A DNA stretch of 60,569 bases, filler included, from Sphacelaria rigidula (lineage: Eukaryota): assembly GCA_964200075.2 (NCBI GenBank). It is 7 parts of 7 records of this genome, joined end to end, with 100 filler letters (N's around TTAATTAATTAA, not from the genome) between each part and the next. Parts side by side here need not be neighbours in the genome. Positions count along the whole stretch, not along the records: positions 34,673 to 43,239 come from CAXNAA020010760.1; positions 43,340 to 51,904 come from CAXNAA020010761.1; 5 more parts are not named here. One strand, given 5' to 3'. Within the stretch, counting starts at the first letter, position 1. Every line of letters starts with the position of its first letter. Positions 36,429 through 49,859 of this stretch are shown here, in pieces. The notes beneath the pieces were generated by a model. That model was not told the DNA's origin. It saw only the letters and a program-made list of their open reading frames with translations, and did no database searches. The translations under genes were made by a program, and so were the position numbers.

Positions 36429-37870
36429 ATGTGGTCGTCCTATGAATCAGGGTCCCAAAACTTCCCAAGCCTGAATGAAGTGGATGACCACACGCTCTCC
36501 ATCAACTCCAGTGTCGACACTACCCGGTCTCCCCGCAATCGATCAGGCAATCCCGCGAACAGGGGCAGCGGCGATGGCCCGGGGGAGGGAACAACCGCAG
36601 GAGGAGAGGAAGGACATCAAGTGGAGGGAGAAGCGGCCACCTCCCCCACAGCCTTCGGCTGCCACCAGGATGACGACGACATCGACGACGGGCCCCGACG
36701 GTCCCCACATTTACATCCAGAATGCGTGTTTACGAGAGCGTTTGGTACTGAAATTTTCGACTCAAGTACAATCACGTCCGCGGCGACTAAGGCTACCGAG
36801 CAACACGCCGAGAAACGGGAACCTCACTCTTGCTCTTCGCTATTGAACTACCATGTTCATTTTCCTATCGCCTCAGAGACTGCTGATACTGGGAGAAAAT
36901 ATGATGGTTGCGGGGGAACAGACGGTAATTGCGGGAAGGTGGGGTACGGTTGTCAGGGACTTGGTGATGTTTGTGATCACATCGCTGACGTCTGCAGAAG
37001 GATCGCCGATGAAGGCATGACATCCGACGGTAGTTGTGGAAAATCGTCACTCGGAGTGGAAGATGGTGCTACAGAATATTCAGGGAGAAATGGCGGCGGT
37101 TCGACAGGGGTCGGAGCAGAGGGTGTGATCGGGGTCGTCGTCGAGGTTAAGCCCAGGGTCACAAAAAACGGTGCACGTGGACGGAGATCATGGGCGAAGG
37201 CAGCTGATTCTAATCCATGCGATGGACGGCTGCATAATGTCGATGATACTCCTCGAGTAGTGTCCAGATACACTTGCGAGAGAAATATAAAGAGGAAGAA
37301 GGAGACAGTGGATCAGCAGATGGAACGGAGAGTAGAGAACCGTAAGGGCAAGAATAGATGCCGGAAGGACTTTGGCGACAGGAAACATCCGAGCAACGGG
37401 GGAAACTCAATAGACGGGATGCAAAAATGGAATAAAAACACACGCGGCGAAAGCTGGAGGACACGTATCAGTAGCTTGGCTGAAGTGGCGGACAGTGGCG
37501 ACAACGCGCTTCGTCAAGGAGAAAAAAGGGGGAACGCACACGGCGGAAAGCGAAAGAAGAAAATGGAAAAGAAGAAACGCAACAAAAACAAGGACTCCAA
37601 ACGGAAAATACACGGAGCGGAGGTACCCTCACACAGTGATATTCGGACGGTTCCCAGAACTAACCCGATGGCGGGGGCAGACTGTTCCCGAAGTAGTCTC
37701 CAGAAAAACAGGACATCGAAGAACATGAAACGGGTGAGGCCTGGAGGAAACGTTTCTTGCAAGACGATATCGAAAAATAAGAAGGCAAGGAAGCGGCGAG
37801 GTTCCACATCTCCCCCGAGCTGCTTCATGCACCCAAGTCCATTCACTAACAACGGTCGCGATTCAGCAAC

Positions 37871-37907
<37 letters not shown>

Positions 37908-38879
37908 GGCCACGGCGAGAAGAGCGGTGCAACAACTCGCGCGTCTAGTAACACCTCCGCCAACGGAAAAGACAGCAGCGTTGCAAAGCCCGAATGTCAC
38001 CGCGTTGTCAGTGCCAATGGCAGGGTTGCAGGACTGGGATCGAAGCATGCATCCTCCCATCGTGGAAATGTTGCCACCACGGGGGTTACGGCGATCACCT
38101 CCACGCCTCCGTCTCTAGGCAGTAGCAGAAGCAGCAGCACCAGTAGCAGCACCTCAACTTCGTCACGCGCTCGTGTCCCCCCCAGCAAGGAGCTATACGC
38201 CGGCAGCAGCAGCCGCAGCGATACGGGTTCTGGGGGGTTTACGGGCGTTGAAAAACCTGCTTCGTGTTCTTTCAAACCGAATCCCGGTGTCATTGAGGGA
38301 CCTCCTGCTACTTCTCCCGTGCGATCCTCCTCACACCACAGCAACATAGCATCGACTGCACCGCCGCGGAACTCGTGTGCCTCTGTGTGGGGAAGGAGTA
38401 CACCTGACGATCTTCGCGCCATCGACCATCACGGACGAACACCTCACCGGCGCACCCTTGATGACACGGACCAGAGAATCATTGTCGACACCAGCATCAT
38501 ATCCCGTCCTACTCTAGTCCGGATCAATCGCAAGAACGCTGAATCATCTGCGTGTAGAGATGACGGTGGCACTCTCAGGAAAGTTGGGATTGGGGCAAGG
38601 ACTGAGGTCGTCGGTGACAATATTGCTGGTGGTGGTCCCCGTGCCGGTGATGGAGGTGATAGTGCTATTGGGGGTGGAGGTGGTGAGCGTGATGGTGATG
38701 AGGATGGTATGATTTGTGGAACCGCGGGAGCACGTAAAGAGCAAACGAGTAAGGGTCCTGCTAGCCGTGCTGGAGCGCCTTCAAACCCCAAGTGTTCATC
38801 TTCTCGGCGTCCGCCTGGATTGCACAAGGCGTTGCGAGTCATGCCTCCTTCAGAGATTGGAGGAGTGGAGGGTGGCAAG
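36429..38879 (+). CDS. Large exon of an unknown low-complexity, probably disordered, basic (NLS-like) protein
   Basis: 823-codon uninterrupted ORF (frame open from about 36237) with a Lys/Arg cluster, poly-Ala and Ser tracts, and an AAG|GTGAGG donor at 38880. No domain recognised; the true start is uncertain. Confidence 0.65.
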
Positions 38880-40099
38880 GTGAGGACGAAATATTGCTGA
38901 AAGCATTACCGGACTAATGCCGAGATAGCCCCCCCCACAAACAGTGCGCCGGAGACCGTCCGACAAACCGGCTGCGGTCCCACTATTGGGCTCGTTTGCA
39001 GCAATTTCGCCCACACGAGAGGCGCGTAGCAGTCCGAAATCAGCTATAACGCCCAAATAAGTCGCGTCGTGCGAAACGAAACCAGCTCCAACGGCATCTA
39101 TGATCATCGCCTCCGTGCACATTTTTGGCCGATTCGGGGGGGCTATCTCGGCAGTAGTCACCGTAGTTTTGAATACTGAACACTATTGATGATAAATAGG
39201 ACAAAATACAGCGAAGGAACATTATACGACGAGTTGAGTATTACGAGCGACGTTTTTGTCATTGTTTCGGCCTCTCACCAGCATCTCTCATGCGGAAATC
39301 TACACTTGCGGTATCTGCACACTCCGAATGCGAGGGGACACAGGCAGACTGGGATACGGTCGGAAGTTTACCGAGCCCACTCCAGCTTCATACCATGTGT
39401 GTGGATACATCGAGGGAACTCGAGAAGATGAGTATGTCCACCGAACTTGAGACTCCGCTACGAGGTCGGATTGACGCAGACGGAGGTGCCCCAATAGGTG
39501 AGAAACCTTTATTTTCGTCCATCTCTCTCTATATATATATATTTGTATCAGGGTTCGTCGATTCTTCAGACGGAAACTAGACGGCTCTGCCATGATCTAT
39601 TCAAAAATGGTAACGCTTTTCGTTCATGTTTGGAAACACTCTAATTTACCTTCACACCTGTGATTATTTTCCCTGCGACTTCACGGTGGGAGAGTGGGGA
39701 AGCTGCTCGCATAGCCGGGACGAGTGTAGGCCAGAATAACATTTGCCTCATATTTGCAGGAAAACACTCACACCCCCTGTTCAACTTATGATCGTGTCGG
39801 AATATTCCTGTGCTCAGATTCCGTAGCTAGGATCTCCGTGGAAGAAGGGGATCGGGGTGGCGTACGAGTAGTGACCGTCAAGTATGGGCGAATGCGGGAT
39901 AGTACGGTAGTCACGCCTCTATAATACCCTCATCTCGTTCACTCAGCCGCTTCTCCCCAACTACACTGTGCCGAGTTATGGCATTACTTGGGTGCTCTGC
40001 CATGATCGTCGTGCCAAAAAAATGGGAACTCGGTTAAAGTACCACAATCAACTAATCAATCAATCGAATATCTAAGAAACGAAATATTCTTTTTTCACT

Positions 40100-42210
40100 G
40101 TGCCTGAGCGAACGGCTACACTAGTGTCCAATCGATTGGGCAAGGATGGCTGGGAACGATGGCATGACTGCTTCTCCTGTAGAGAGCGGTACAGACGTCA
40201 ACGCTTACCTATAATGTCAAGCCGGTTGACACGTTTGTTCAGTATGCTGGCTGAGCGTGTTGGGGATGTGCAACCAAGGTAGACTGCATGACAGACACGA
40301 GTACATGATCTTGAAGATGCGCACGAGTCCGGTGGCCCACGGAGCGATGTCATCGAGAGCGAAGGATCTTCTGGGAGGAGAGCTTAAGTGATCCCGACAC
40401 TCAGCAAAGCGAAGGATGACAAGTCGAGAGAGGGCTGGTCGACAGCGAATCTGTAGAGAAAACCCCAACCATGGGTGCTTCACCCAGCGGTTCCCGCCAT
40501 GTGCCGTTCTCCCTACCCTACCCATCTCCAAAGCAGGGAGTGGGCCGCACCACGCCGCGAAATTCCGCTGACAGCAGGAGGGGTAAAATGACTTTACCGT
40601 TCCCTTCTGGGGCCGGAGAAGGCAGGGTGATTATACATAATCCCGTTCAAGATCTCTTTGACGCCCGGGGTTCGGCGCCATCCGCACCCGCCGTTTACAC
40701 CGCCGTCATTGGCGGTATCATCCACACCGCCATCTACAACACCAACGTCACCAACAGAACGATACACCCGCGCCGACGGTACCGCACCCACACCCTCACC
40801 GCCAACAACACCGTTGTCTCTGCCATCGACAACCATCGATACCCCCGATGGCTCTGAGCAAAACGGGGGGGGGGCAGTTCTGAATCCCCAAGGACAGAGC
40901 TACGCCGTCTCACACTAAACGAGAAGTTGTCTCTACCTCCTCAAGCGGCTTGTCGCACGCGGAGTGCGACAAGAGCGGCGGCACGAGCCGATAGGGGAGG
41001 GCTGAAAAACGCAGTAAAGTCCCCAATAGCAGGGCTGGTGGACGAGGTGGGAAAAATGCCTACTGGCAAATGCGGAAGGGGGAATGGTACTGGCTGAAAT
41101 GGTGGGAGATAAATACGTCACGACAGACCTGATCACTTCCCCAGCCAGACCGGAGGCGGGAGGAAATGCCCACATAATCATCGAGGAAGATCTGACAGAT
41201 CACGAGTATCCTTGCTGACTGCAGAGAATGACATAGAGAAGGAACACAGCTTTGCTTTGCGCTCCCACATCGGCCTAGATGTGCGTGATGTTAAGAGTCC
41301 CCCCGTGAACGTGGATGATGGAGCAAAGTCGGAGTACCATGAAGTAAGAGTCAAGCAGGCAGGGAGGGGGTGGTGGAGGATGCAGGGGTGGTGCAAGGTC
41401 AAGCTGATTCCTCCGTGTTTCAGAAGGAGAAAGGGCGGCGAGTTAACGTCATTCTAGTCGTTTATGTAGACGATATTTTAATCAGTGGTGAGAGAGAGAA
41501 GGTGGAGATTGTGAAGAGAACCTCAACAAAAAATTCCCCACCAACAGCCTTGGTGCAGTCCAGTGGCACGTGGGGTGTGCTGTAGAGAGCGATTGGGACA
41601 AAGATACGCTGTCCATGAATCACTCAACGTTTATAGACACCCTGTTGAATCGCTTCGAGGTAACGGATTTTTCATATATCCTTGCCTCAACTTCTGCGGA
41701 CTTGGGGCCGGTGACGGAAGAGCACTCGGCGGCAAATCGCCTCTACGATAGTGTGAGAGAAGGGTTAATAGGTGTAACTAGGCCCGGCATAGCCAATGCT
41801 GTTCAAGCCCTGGCCCCTCCGTCTCATGATCCATGTGAGAGGCACGGGGAAGGAGCTCTAAAAGTCGCAGCGTACCTGACAAAAAACCACGGAACACGGT
41901 TTGACATTCAGTTGAGGAGATAATGTGCTTTCGGTATATTGTGATGCTGACTATACCCGGAAGAAACGGATAGACGATCGGTTTCCAGAGCAGCGGTAAT
42001 TTACGGGGGGGTAGCAGTACCAGGCACCCGCGATAATAACACTATGTGACTTCGTCAACCACTGGGGCAGAGTATGTCGCCATGGCCGAATGGGCCAAGG
42101 GTGCATGTTCGTGAGGGCGGTTCTGTCTTTTCTGCGAACAAGAATTGTGGTGGGGTGCGCGGCCGAGTACGTCATCATTCTTACGAGGACAACGACGGGG
42201 CTGAGGCCCA
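40100..42210 (+). mobile_element. Degenerate Ty1/copia pol (RT and RNase H remnants)
   Basis: VILVVYVDDILISG (about 41445-41490), TRPGIANAV, VYCDADY (41935), STTGAEYVAMAE (42055) and YEDNDGA (42182), in copia order with frameshifts. Confidence 0.85.
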
Positions 42211-43094
42211 TCATCAGCCCCATTATTACCGACACTGTATTTCGGGAGGCCTCCAAACTTTGAGACATGTCGAACTCTGTGTTCGGGCTTCTCCAACAAT
42301 GAAGCGGCTTGGTTTTTTCTCCGAACGTTCATTTCTGGACAAGTCTGAACATTTAGGACTGCCACTCAGCACTTTGGAAGAGCTGCCCTGTGAGTACGCC
42401 GTGGCGCTCGCACGCTTTCGAGATTCATCAACATCCGAAATTTTCAAGGATTTCCGAAAAATGGACTCGAAAGTAACGGACCTTATCGACTCTGTTTTCC
42501 CGGAGGTCTCGGACTTTTCGGACTTTCCGGACTTTCCGGACTCTGCATTCAGGCTTATTCGAAAACGAAGTGACCAAAGGTTTTCTCCGATGTCTCGGTT
42601 TTGAAGAAGTCCAAAAAATTCGGCCTGGAGCCCAGCACTTCGGAGACCTGTCCTGTATGTACACCGTGGCGCTTTCGTGCGTCCGAGAGTCATCAGGTAC
42701 CTCGCCACTCCCGAAAACGTTGGAGATCTCTGAAAAAAACAGTGCCGATAATAATGGGCTTAAGCGCCTGGCTGAAACCCCTCTCAACTCGGGCGGTAGC
42801 AAGCACACATAGGCGTAAGGTGGCATTCCATTCCGGATTTCGCACAGTCGGAAGCCATCAAGGAGACACGTAGCGAGAGCCCCCCCCCCCCCCAACCAGC
42901 CCCAAACTGTCACGAAAAAAATGGCCATATAGCTGCGACAGCTTATTTCAGATCGCCTCAAGGGCCTCATATGGGCGAGTGTGGCGAAAACGATCCCAAG
43001 GGTGGGAGTTTCCAGCTGCTTGGTGTGCTCGGCTTTCATCAGTTTGATTTTCATGCAGAGTTTTCTTTCTCGAATCAGCCATTGTTCTAAGGGG

Positions 43095-43143
43095 GGGAGG
43101 GGGGTGCACTCATGATCATGCATACCATCGTCATAAAACCATT
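43095..43143 (-). mobile_element. Very short 3' end of LINE family B between G-tracts
   Basis: GGGGTGCACTCATGATCATGCATACCATCGTCATAAAACCATT with G-runs on both sides. Confidence 0.7.
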
Positions 43144-43849
43144 TAGGGGGGGGGGGGGGGGGGGGGGTTGCTGGCGACATCACAAAGTGTGATTGTTTTG
43201 TTGGGTGGGGGTAGGGCGACGAGATACCGCAGAAAAGAANNNNNNNNNNNNNNNNNNNNNNNNNNNNNNNNNNNNNNNNNNNNTTAATTAATTAANNNNN
43301 NNNNNNNNNNNNNNNNNNNNNNNNNNNNNNNNNNNNNNNCTCCAGCCCCCCCCCCCCTCCTCCCCTCCCGTTCTCGGAATGGGTTCGTAGCCTTAAAGAA
43401 TCAACCAGGCCATCTCTCCCGCGGTACCTGCCTCCCTTACACTTCACTGTTCTCGCGAATTTTTTCGCTCAAGTCAAAATGTCCAATGTGGACAGGGTAC
43501 AACCGTACAACCCGTACGCGTGCAGTAGGATAGCGAAAGATTACTAGAAATACATGGCGACCCCAAGCCCCCAACCCGTGCAAACAGTTTGTTGGAGTTG
43601 AATTTTTCACTCTCCACGTTGGGAGGGGAATATGCCCGTGGTGATTGTGCGGGCGGTAGATTGACCATGACCTGAGATTGGCGCGCAATTGTACACAGAA
43701 ATTATGCATGAGGGTATTCCTCTCAAATTTATACCTATAGGTGAAAGTTCGCTCAACGGTACTCGTACCGTACACCATGTATCGCAGTTGCCAATCTTGT
43801 ACGGTTTTCGAACGAGAACGGACAGCCCTGTGTAGTATCGAGCAGTAAC

Positions 43850-45430
43850 TGATGGATCAGTAATCCTGCGGCAGCCTGTTGACTCTCACCGAGTCTTGTA
43901 GGATACCGTTTCATCTGCAGCGGCGAGGACTACCCCCCGGACTACGTGCAAACGAGGACAGAAGGGCTGGTGTGCGAGAGGGAGGAGGTGAAATGCAAGA
44001 TTCTCAAGGCGTGGAGGAAGAGGAAGGCGACCCGGCGACAGCTTCGCACCGCTCCAGCGGATACCGCTATGCGAAGGGAACTCAAGACAGCAGCGATTGA
44101 GCTTAACCAATTGAGAGACAGGGTCATGTGTTGGTTCTTCGAGAAGTACGCGCCGCAGCTCAACGAGCTGGAAAGGATATATGACCGGTTTTTACCAGCA
44201 CATGAAGGAGCTAGACGTGGAAGAATAACGGCCCTTTGCTTGGCCGAACATTGAGGGCGAAGACGGCAAGCTCCTGCGAGACACGTGCTCACCCTCGCAC
44301 GGTGGGTCGGGTGGTTCCACAAATCCCACAAAACCAAGTCGCCAACCCTCAACCCTCGGATGACCGAGCAGGTCAAGCAGTGGCCCAGGTGCGTGCCACT
44401 CGACGAGATACCGGCCAGGTTCGAGGTCGAGGAAGCAATACAGTGAATGACCAACAGGAAAGCGACAGGATCGGGCGAGCTCCCGGCGGAGCTCGTCAGA
44501 CTCTTCTCCGATGGAAACCAAGACCTCCTACATCGATTCCACGATATCATCTTCACCACGTGGCAGAAAAGAGTGTCGCCAGAGCAGTACAAGGACGACA
44601 CAAATATGGTGATGTTCAAGAAGGGCGACACGACGGAGTGTGGCAACTACCAGGGCATCTCTCTTGTGCCACACGCTGGCAAAGTGGTACTCAAGCGCGT
44701 CACCACACGCTTGAGCAACTACTACGAGCGCGAGGGCACCCTCCCGGAGGAGCAAAGCGACTTCCGCCTAGTCCGCTCGACCTACGACACGATGTTTGCG
44801 ATCCATGTGCTTCATCTATCTCACCAAGCCAATTAGACTCCGTCGACCGAGGACTGCAGCAGACCGTGCTCAAGCGATTCGGCGTGCCCCCCCAAGATGC
44901 TAGCGATCATCCGGCAAGTCCACGACAGCCTGAGGGTGTGTGCGTGCGGATGGACCATGAGACGTGCTCCGACTGGTTCGACGTGGGCCAGCGGAATCGA
45001 CACGGGTGCAACCTGGCACCGCTGCTGGTCAATCTTTTCTTCGCTGCAATACTCATGGTGTCAGTAGATGACTTCGTCGGAGACGACGGGGTGACGGCTG
45101 ACACGGCAAAAATCAAGGGAGAACCAAGGGAAAAGGGGCAGTTCACGATGGCGGAGGCCGCGCACACGCTGTCGGGCATGCCATACGCCGACTTTTTGCG
45201 GGCACAGTTTCGTGATCGCCGGGGAGCCTCGAGAGAATGATATCGACCACAAAGATTATGTGCTTGCTGCCGAAACGGGTGGAGGAGTGCGCGTTCAGGC
45301 TCTACACCGGCGGCCAGGTATATGAACAAACAAGCAAATTCGTATACCTCGGGGAGGCCATCTTGGCAAGATGGGCAAGGAAATTGCAAATCGCCTGGAT
45401 CGAGCATGGAGATGCGATTAGCTTCCACAT
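43850..45430 (+). mobile_element. Degenerate RTE-clade LINE reverse transcriptase
   Basis: [64 protein letters not shown] and FVYLG motifs, with frameshifts. Confidence 0.9.
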
Positions 45431-47387
45431 ACTTTGTAGACTCTCCAACTTGAGAAAGAAAAAGGCATGTAGTAGTATAGTGGGTGTGTACAAACCCGAG
45501 CAAAATAATCCAGTGCCCTTACCTACGCCACCTACTTTAGATATTGTATGGGCTGTGAATGGTTAGTGTTTCCCTTGGTTCCTTCCGCTCATTTTGCTCT
45601 CGGTCAAGAAAAACACGACAGACAAAAGAGAAGGTGGTCTCGTTCCAACAACGAACGAACGCACAAAACACCGAACAAGAGCAACGGAGACAATCCCCCC
45701 CCCCCCCCAACCCCAAAAAAACACAAAGTAAAACAAAAAACAAAGCCTAGTAAAAACANNNNNNNNNNCAAACGAACAACCTCACAAACCCCCCAACACA
45801 AGCAAGGGGAAACCCCCCCCCCCCCCCCCCGATCGCCATCAATTCATGCCGTAGTACACGAACGAGCGCGTTGTGAACGCATGTCCTCAGCAAGCACCAC
45901 GCATGCACTCGATGGATGTTCACAAAGTATCTGTCTTGCACAGTCAGCGTCACGGCCGCAGCAAGAAACAAGCGCATCGCCGTTCATCATTCGATTACAC
46001 TTCCCACCCCCACCCCAAGAGGTGCCCCATGTGTACTTGCGATCGCTACAAAAACGAGGGTATCCGCGGACGTAGTACATCATTCTATCTTATAATCATA
46101 TGTAACATAGGCCCCTACTACTACTGACACCCTCTCCGTGATTATAGATGGGTGAATTCGTGGTGGACCCACTTGACATGCGACAATCAAATCATCAACC
46201 CACTACTCATCACACACTTGCTTCATTGTTAATACGTAAAAAATATCCCCCCCCCCCCCCCCCCCCCCCCCTCTCTTTCTCTCTTCTTTTCTTCCTTTCC
46301 ATTCTTTNNNNNNNNNNCCCCCTTCACATGCACAAAAAAACAACCCACCCCCCTCCCCCCCCCCCCCTTCCTTTTTTTTTATTACAAAAAAAACCCCCCC
46401 CCCCCCCCCCCCCCCTTTTGTTTTCTTTTCGTCCTAGGACTTTCTCAATTATTTACCCTCCCTTCTTCCCATCCCCTCGAGGCTGCTTCAGCAAGCGAGC
46501 GAGTCTGTATAATCACCTACGGTGCGTCCATCTCTTGACCACGGCTGGATCCGTAGCGGAGGGATTACTTAAATAACGCGTGACAAGCAACCAATCAACC
46601 GCGATGATCAACCAATCATACGCACACAAATATTGCCGTTTCTCCCTTCTCTACGCCCCATGCGTGCAGAGATACAGCACCCCTGCTGAATATCTAATTC
46701 AGATTACAGAAACCTCCGTAACCCGAAGCGAAGCTACTGCAGGAATGGGATAGACTTCTCAACAGTGAATGCCGCGAGCCACCTCGGTGGAGTGAACTCT
46801 TCAGGGAATAGAGATCTGAATGTGCTTCAGAGACGCGTCTGTTTTTTCAAGGAATACATGGATGTTGCTTCTCTTTGCCTACTGCCAAAAGCATGTACGT
46901 ATTAACGGTGTGTAGTATAGGCCTGCTTGATGACAGCATTGTGTGGGAAGGCAAGACGCCTTGATTTCTCAGGCCAAGGGGGAAAAACAAATAATAATAA
47001 TAATAATAAGGGAGGAACGAGGAGAAGAGGAATACCAAATCATACATATGTACATGCCCTGTGAACGATACATTAACATGCCCTGGGAACGTTATACACA
47101 GTACCCACTTCTGGCAAGACATGGACCAATCACCGCAGCAAACAGATCCACCGTCGACAAGAAAAAACAAACGCAGACAACACAAGCAACACAAACACAA
47201 AAGATAGGAAATATGACGATGGGATAAGAAGGCATCAATCAACATTCCTCCGTGTGCGCAGCACGTTCACAACCACGCACTCTGCTGTGCTACTACAGTA
47301 TTCTCTTGCTTGTCGGGTCTCTACCGAAGGATGAGAATCTCCAAGGGAGGTATGGCAATAGATGGAAGAGTCGTTTTCGTTGGTCTC

Positions 47388-47551
47388 TCAGAGCGCCTTG
47401 TTGCTGCTGCTGTTGCTGCTGCTGTTGCCGACGGCCGTGTCAAGGTTCTTGTCTTTCGTTGGCTGGTACATGGTGGCCATCCTCGATGTGGAAGTGCAGT
47501 ACAGCCACACCTCCCCCCCGCTGAGCGATATCAGAGCGCCAGTCCAGAAAT
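47388..47551 (-). CDS. Last exon of a DUF2306-like membrane protein
   Basis: CCAG acceptor; split codon T|AT=Tyr joins in frame; FWTGALISLSGGEVWLY transmembrane-like segment; TGA at 47388. Confidence 0.7.
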
Positions 47552-47680
47552 CTGGCGGCACGTTTTGATTTTCAACGTCGTGAAGGCAGATTATCGGGGT
47601 TTGCATTCGTGTGAATATTTTCATTTGACGGGACCACACGACACGTTGTTCCTCGCGTTACATGCGGAGAGGGCGGGCGG

Positions 47681-48750
47681 GGGTAAAACTGATCATCTTG
47701 CATGCCGTAGTCACATAAGACCGTTGACCTTGCGTCTCTACAAATCCGGGACGGAGCACGCAGTCACCAAGCACGAAGCGCCGTGAATTTGGTCGGGGAG
47801 TCGCATGAAAGGTGAGCTGCATCTTGCTAAGATTATTTGGCCCGAAGCGTAATGACTATTTTGCATACGGATGGCAGCTTCCAATGGGTTGCTTCCTTTT
47901 TTTTTTGCATCATCGCCACTCCCAGAGACAATCACGGGTTTCACATCGCCTCATGGGTGTCTCACCATTGAAACACTACGTAGTACGATCATCCCCTTTG
48001 TGCAGAGTTCGAGTTCTCCACCCCGCACAGTATGATTTGGCTCGACCACCATCATGGTTACTGCAAAAAGACGCAAGCGCGAAAAAAGTGGTAACCTGGT
48101 CGTCTAGCTTATGCGGTGAGTGGCGTGTTTTACAGCGTCGTTGCCACCTGACGCCAGCCCTCAGGAGGGTGGACGGGGGTGTACTCATGATGGTGGACGG
48201 GGGGGGATTGTACTCGTGACCTTGCATGCCGTAGTCATAAGACCGTTGAACGCGCACCCCTACAAAGCCGGGACGAAGCATGCCGGGTCTTCGCCCGACC
48301 AGGCTCGCAGTCTCCAAGCGCAAAGCGCCGTGATGTGTTCGGCAAGTCGCACAAAGGGTGAGCCGCATCCTGCTAAGATTTTTCGGCCCGAAGCGTGCTG
48401 ATAATCTTGCATATGGATGACAGCCTCGAATGAGTTGTTTCACTTTCTGATATCGCCACTCCTAGAGCCAGCCACGGGTTACACACTGCCTCATTGGTGT
48501 CCCACCATTTAAGCACTGCGCAGACTAATGTGCGAAAATAAATAAACAATTAAAGTTCGATTTTTCCCTCTGCGCGGAGTTGAGGTTCGCCACCCCGCAC
48601 AACATGATCTAGCGCGACCACCATCATGGTTACCGCAAAAAAACGCAATCGAGAAACAAAGCGATGACTTGGTTGCCTAGTTCACGTTGTGAGCGGCGTA
48701 TTTTGCACATTCGTTGCCAACCGACGCCGACCTTTGTAAGGAAACAGTGG
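47681..48750 (-). mobile_element. Three head-to-tail LINE family B insertions (about 47681-48163, 48180-48191, 48209-48748) in an intron
   Basis: Two mutually similar copies of about 500 bp plus a 12-nt stub, separated by recurring GTGGACGG(GGG) target-like sequence. Confidence 0.75.
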
Positions 48751-49707
48751 ACGGTTGGGGGGGGGGGGGGGGGGGGGATTAAAAAACTAATTTTTTTTTA
48801 AAAGGGGTCGGGAGGGGGGTGAAAGTGGGGGGGGGGTGAAGAAAAAAATCCAGAAACTCAATTCATGTCACAAGGGCTCAGAGAGGCTGTTGAATGTGAG
48901 TGGGTGATGAAACGAAAATAGTCGGTTGTTGTTTCAGCGACAAACTCCATGGTTGCGGTGGTAGCAGATGTGTTTTTGTTTCAATAAGGCAAAATGCGGG
49001 GATGTGGGAAGGATGAGTTGTGCGTAGAGAGGCGTACCCTTCCGCACGAGAAGAGCAGAGAGGAGGTATAATACCTCCCTTCTTTGTCGCAAAACAAAAT
49101 GAAAAATAGGCGAGAATTTACGTGGATGCATGAACGCGCGCGGTAAAAACAAAAATGATCAAGATCTGTTGAAATTGCTAGGGGGAAGAGGTATGTGTCG
49201 AGGGGGGACATGTGCGACAAGGCGTCTCCAATATCTGTCGGCCGTACCCTGGAAAACACAGGAATCGAAAAGCAAGAAGCAAACACACACACACAATAAA
49301 TTCACCCCGCAAGCAACCACCCAAGCAAGAGAACGAACACACTGCACGAGCGGAGAAGTCACGACTTGTAAGTTTTAACCTGCTGTAAGTAGATATTGGT
49401 CATCATCCTCACAACTACCAACGACGAAATATACACCAAGGAGATAGCAAGTAAATACCAACGACGAAGTGTACCCAATCGTGGCATGCCCTCTGTATTG
49501 TAGTCGAACGAAGAATGTCAAGTGTTATTTTTTATTCCGAGTGTATTGTTTTCCTGTAGGCCAAGAATCTTACATTTACCTTCAACACGCCTGCTGTTGT
49601 TGCCAATAGAGGATACACCCCAGACAGCGGTAAACGTGTGCTCGGAAAGTACGATGATGAAGTGAGCAAAGAGTACAACTAATGTAACGCGCAACAAGGA
49701 AACTCAC

Positions 49708-49859
49708 AGGCTGCGAACACCAAACTGCGAATGTCGGATCCGGCTTGGGAGTGCTCGCGGTAGGTCGGCACGATGTGGTGCAGGAACACCTGGCTCACGC
49801 TCAGCAGGCGTAGGACGTGTGCAGAGTAGCCCACCGCAAGGTGACGTATGATCCATTTC
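49708..49859 (-). CDS. Internal exon of DUF2306-like protein (KWIIRHLAVGYSAHVLRLL...)
   Basis: TTTTTGCAG acceptor, GTGAGT donor, 152 nt, phases compatible on both sides. Confidence 0.8.

Noticed and set aside
42660-42705. Hammerhead-like CTGATGA...CGAAA on the minus strand
   Set aside because: No convincing stem II, and no stem I/III closure with a cleavage triplet.
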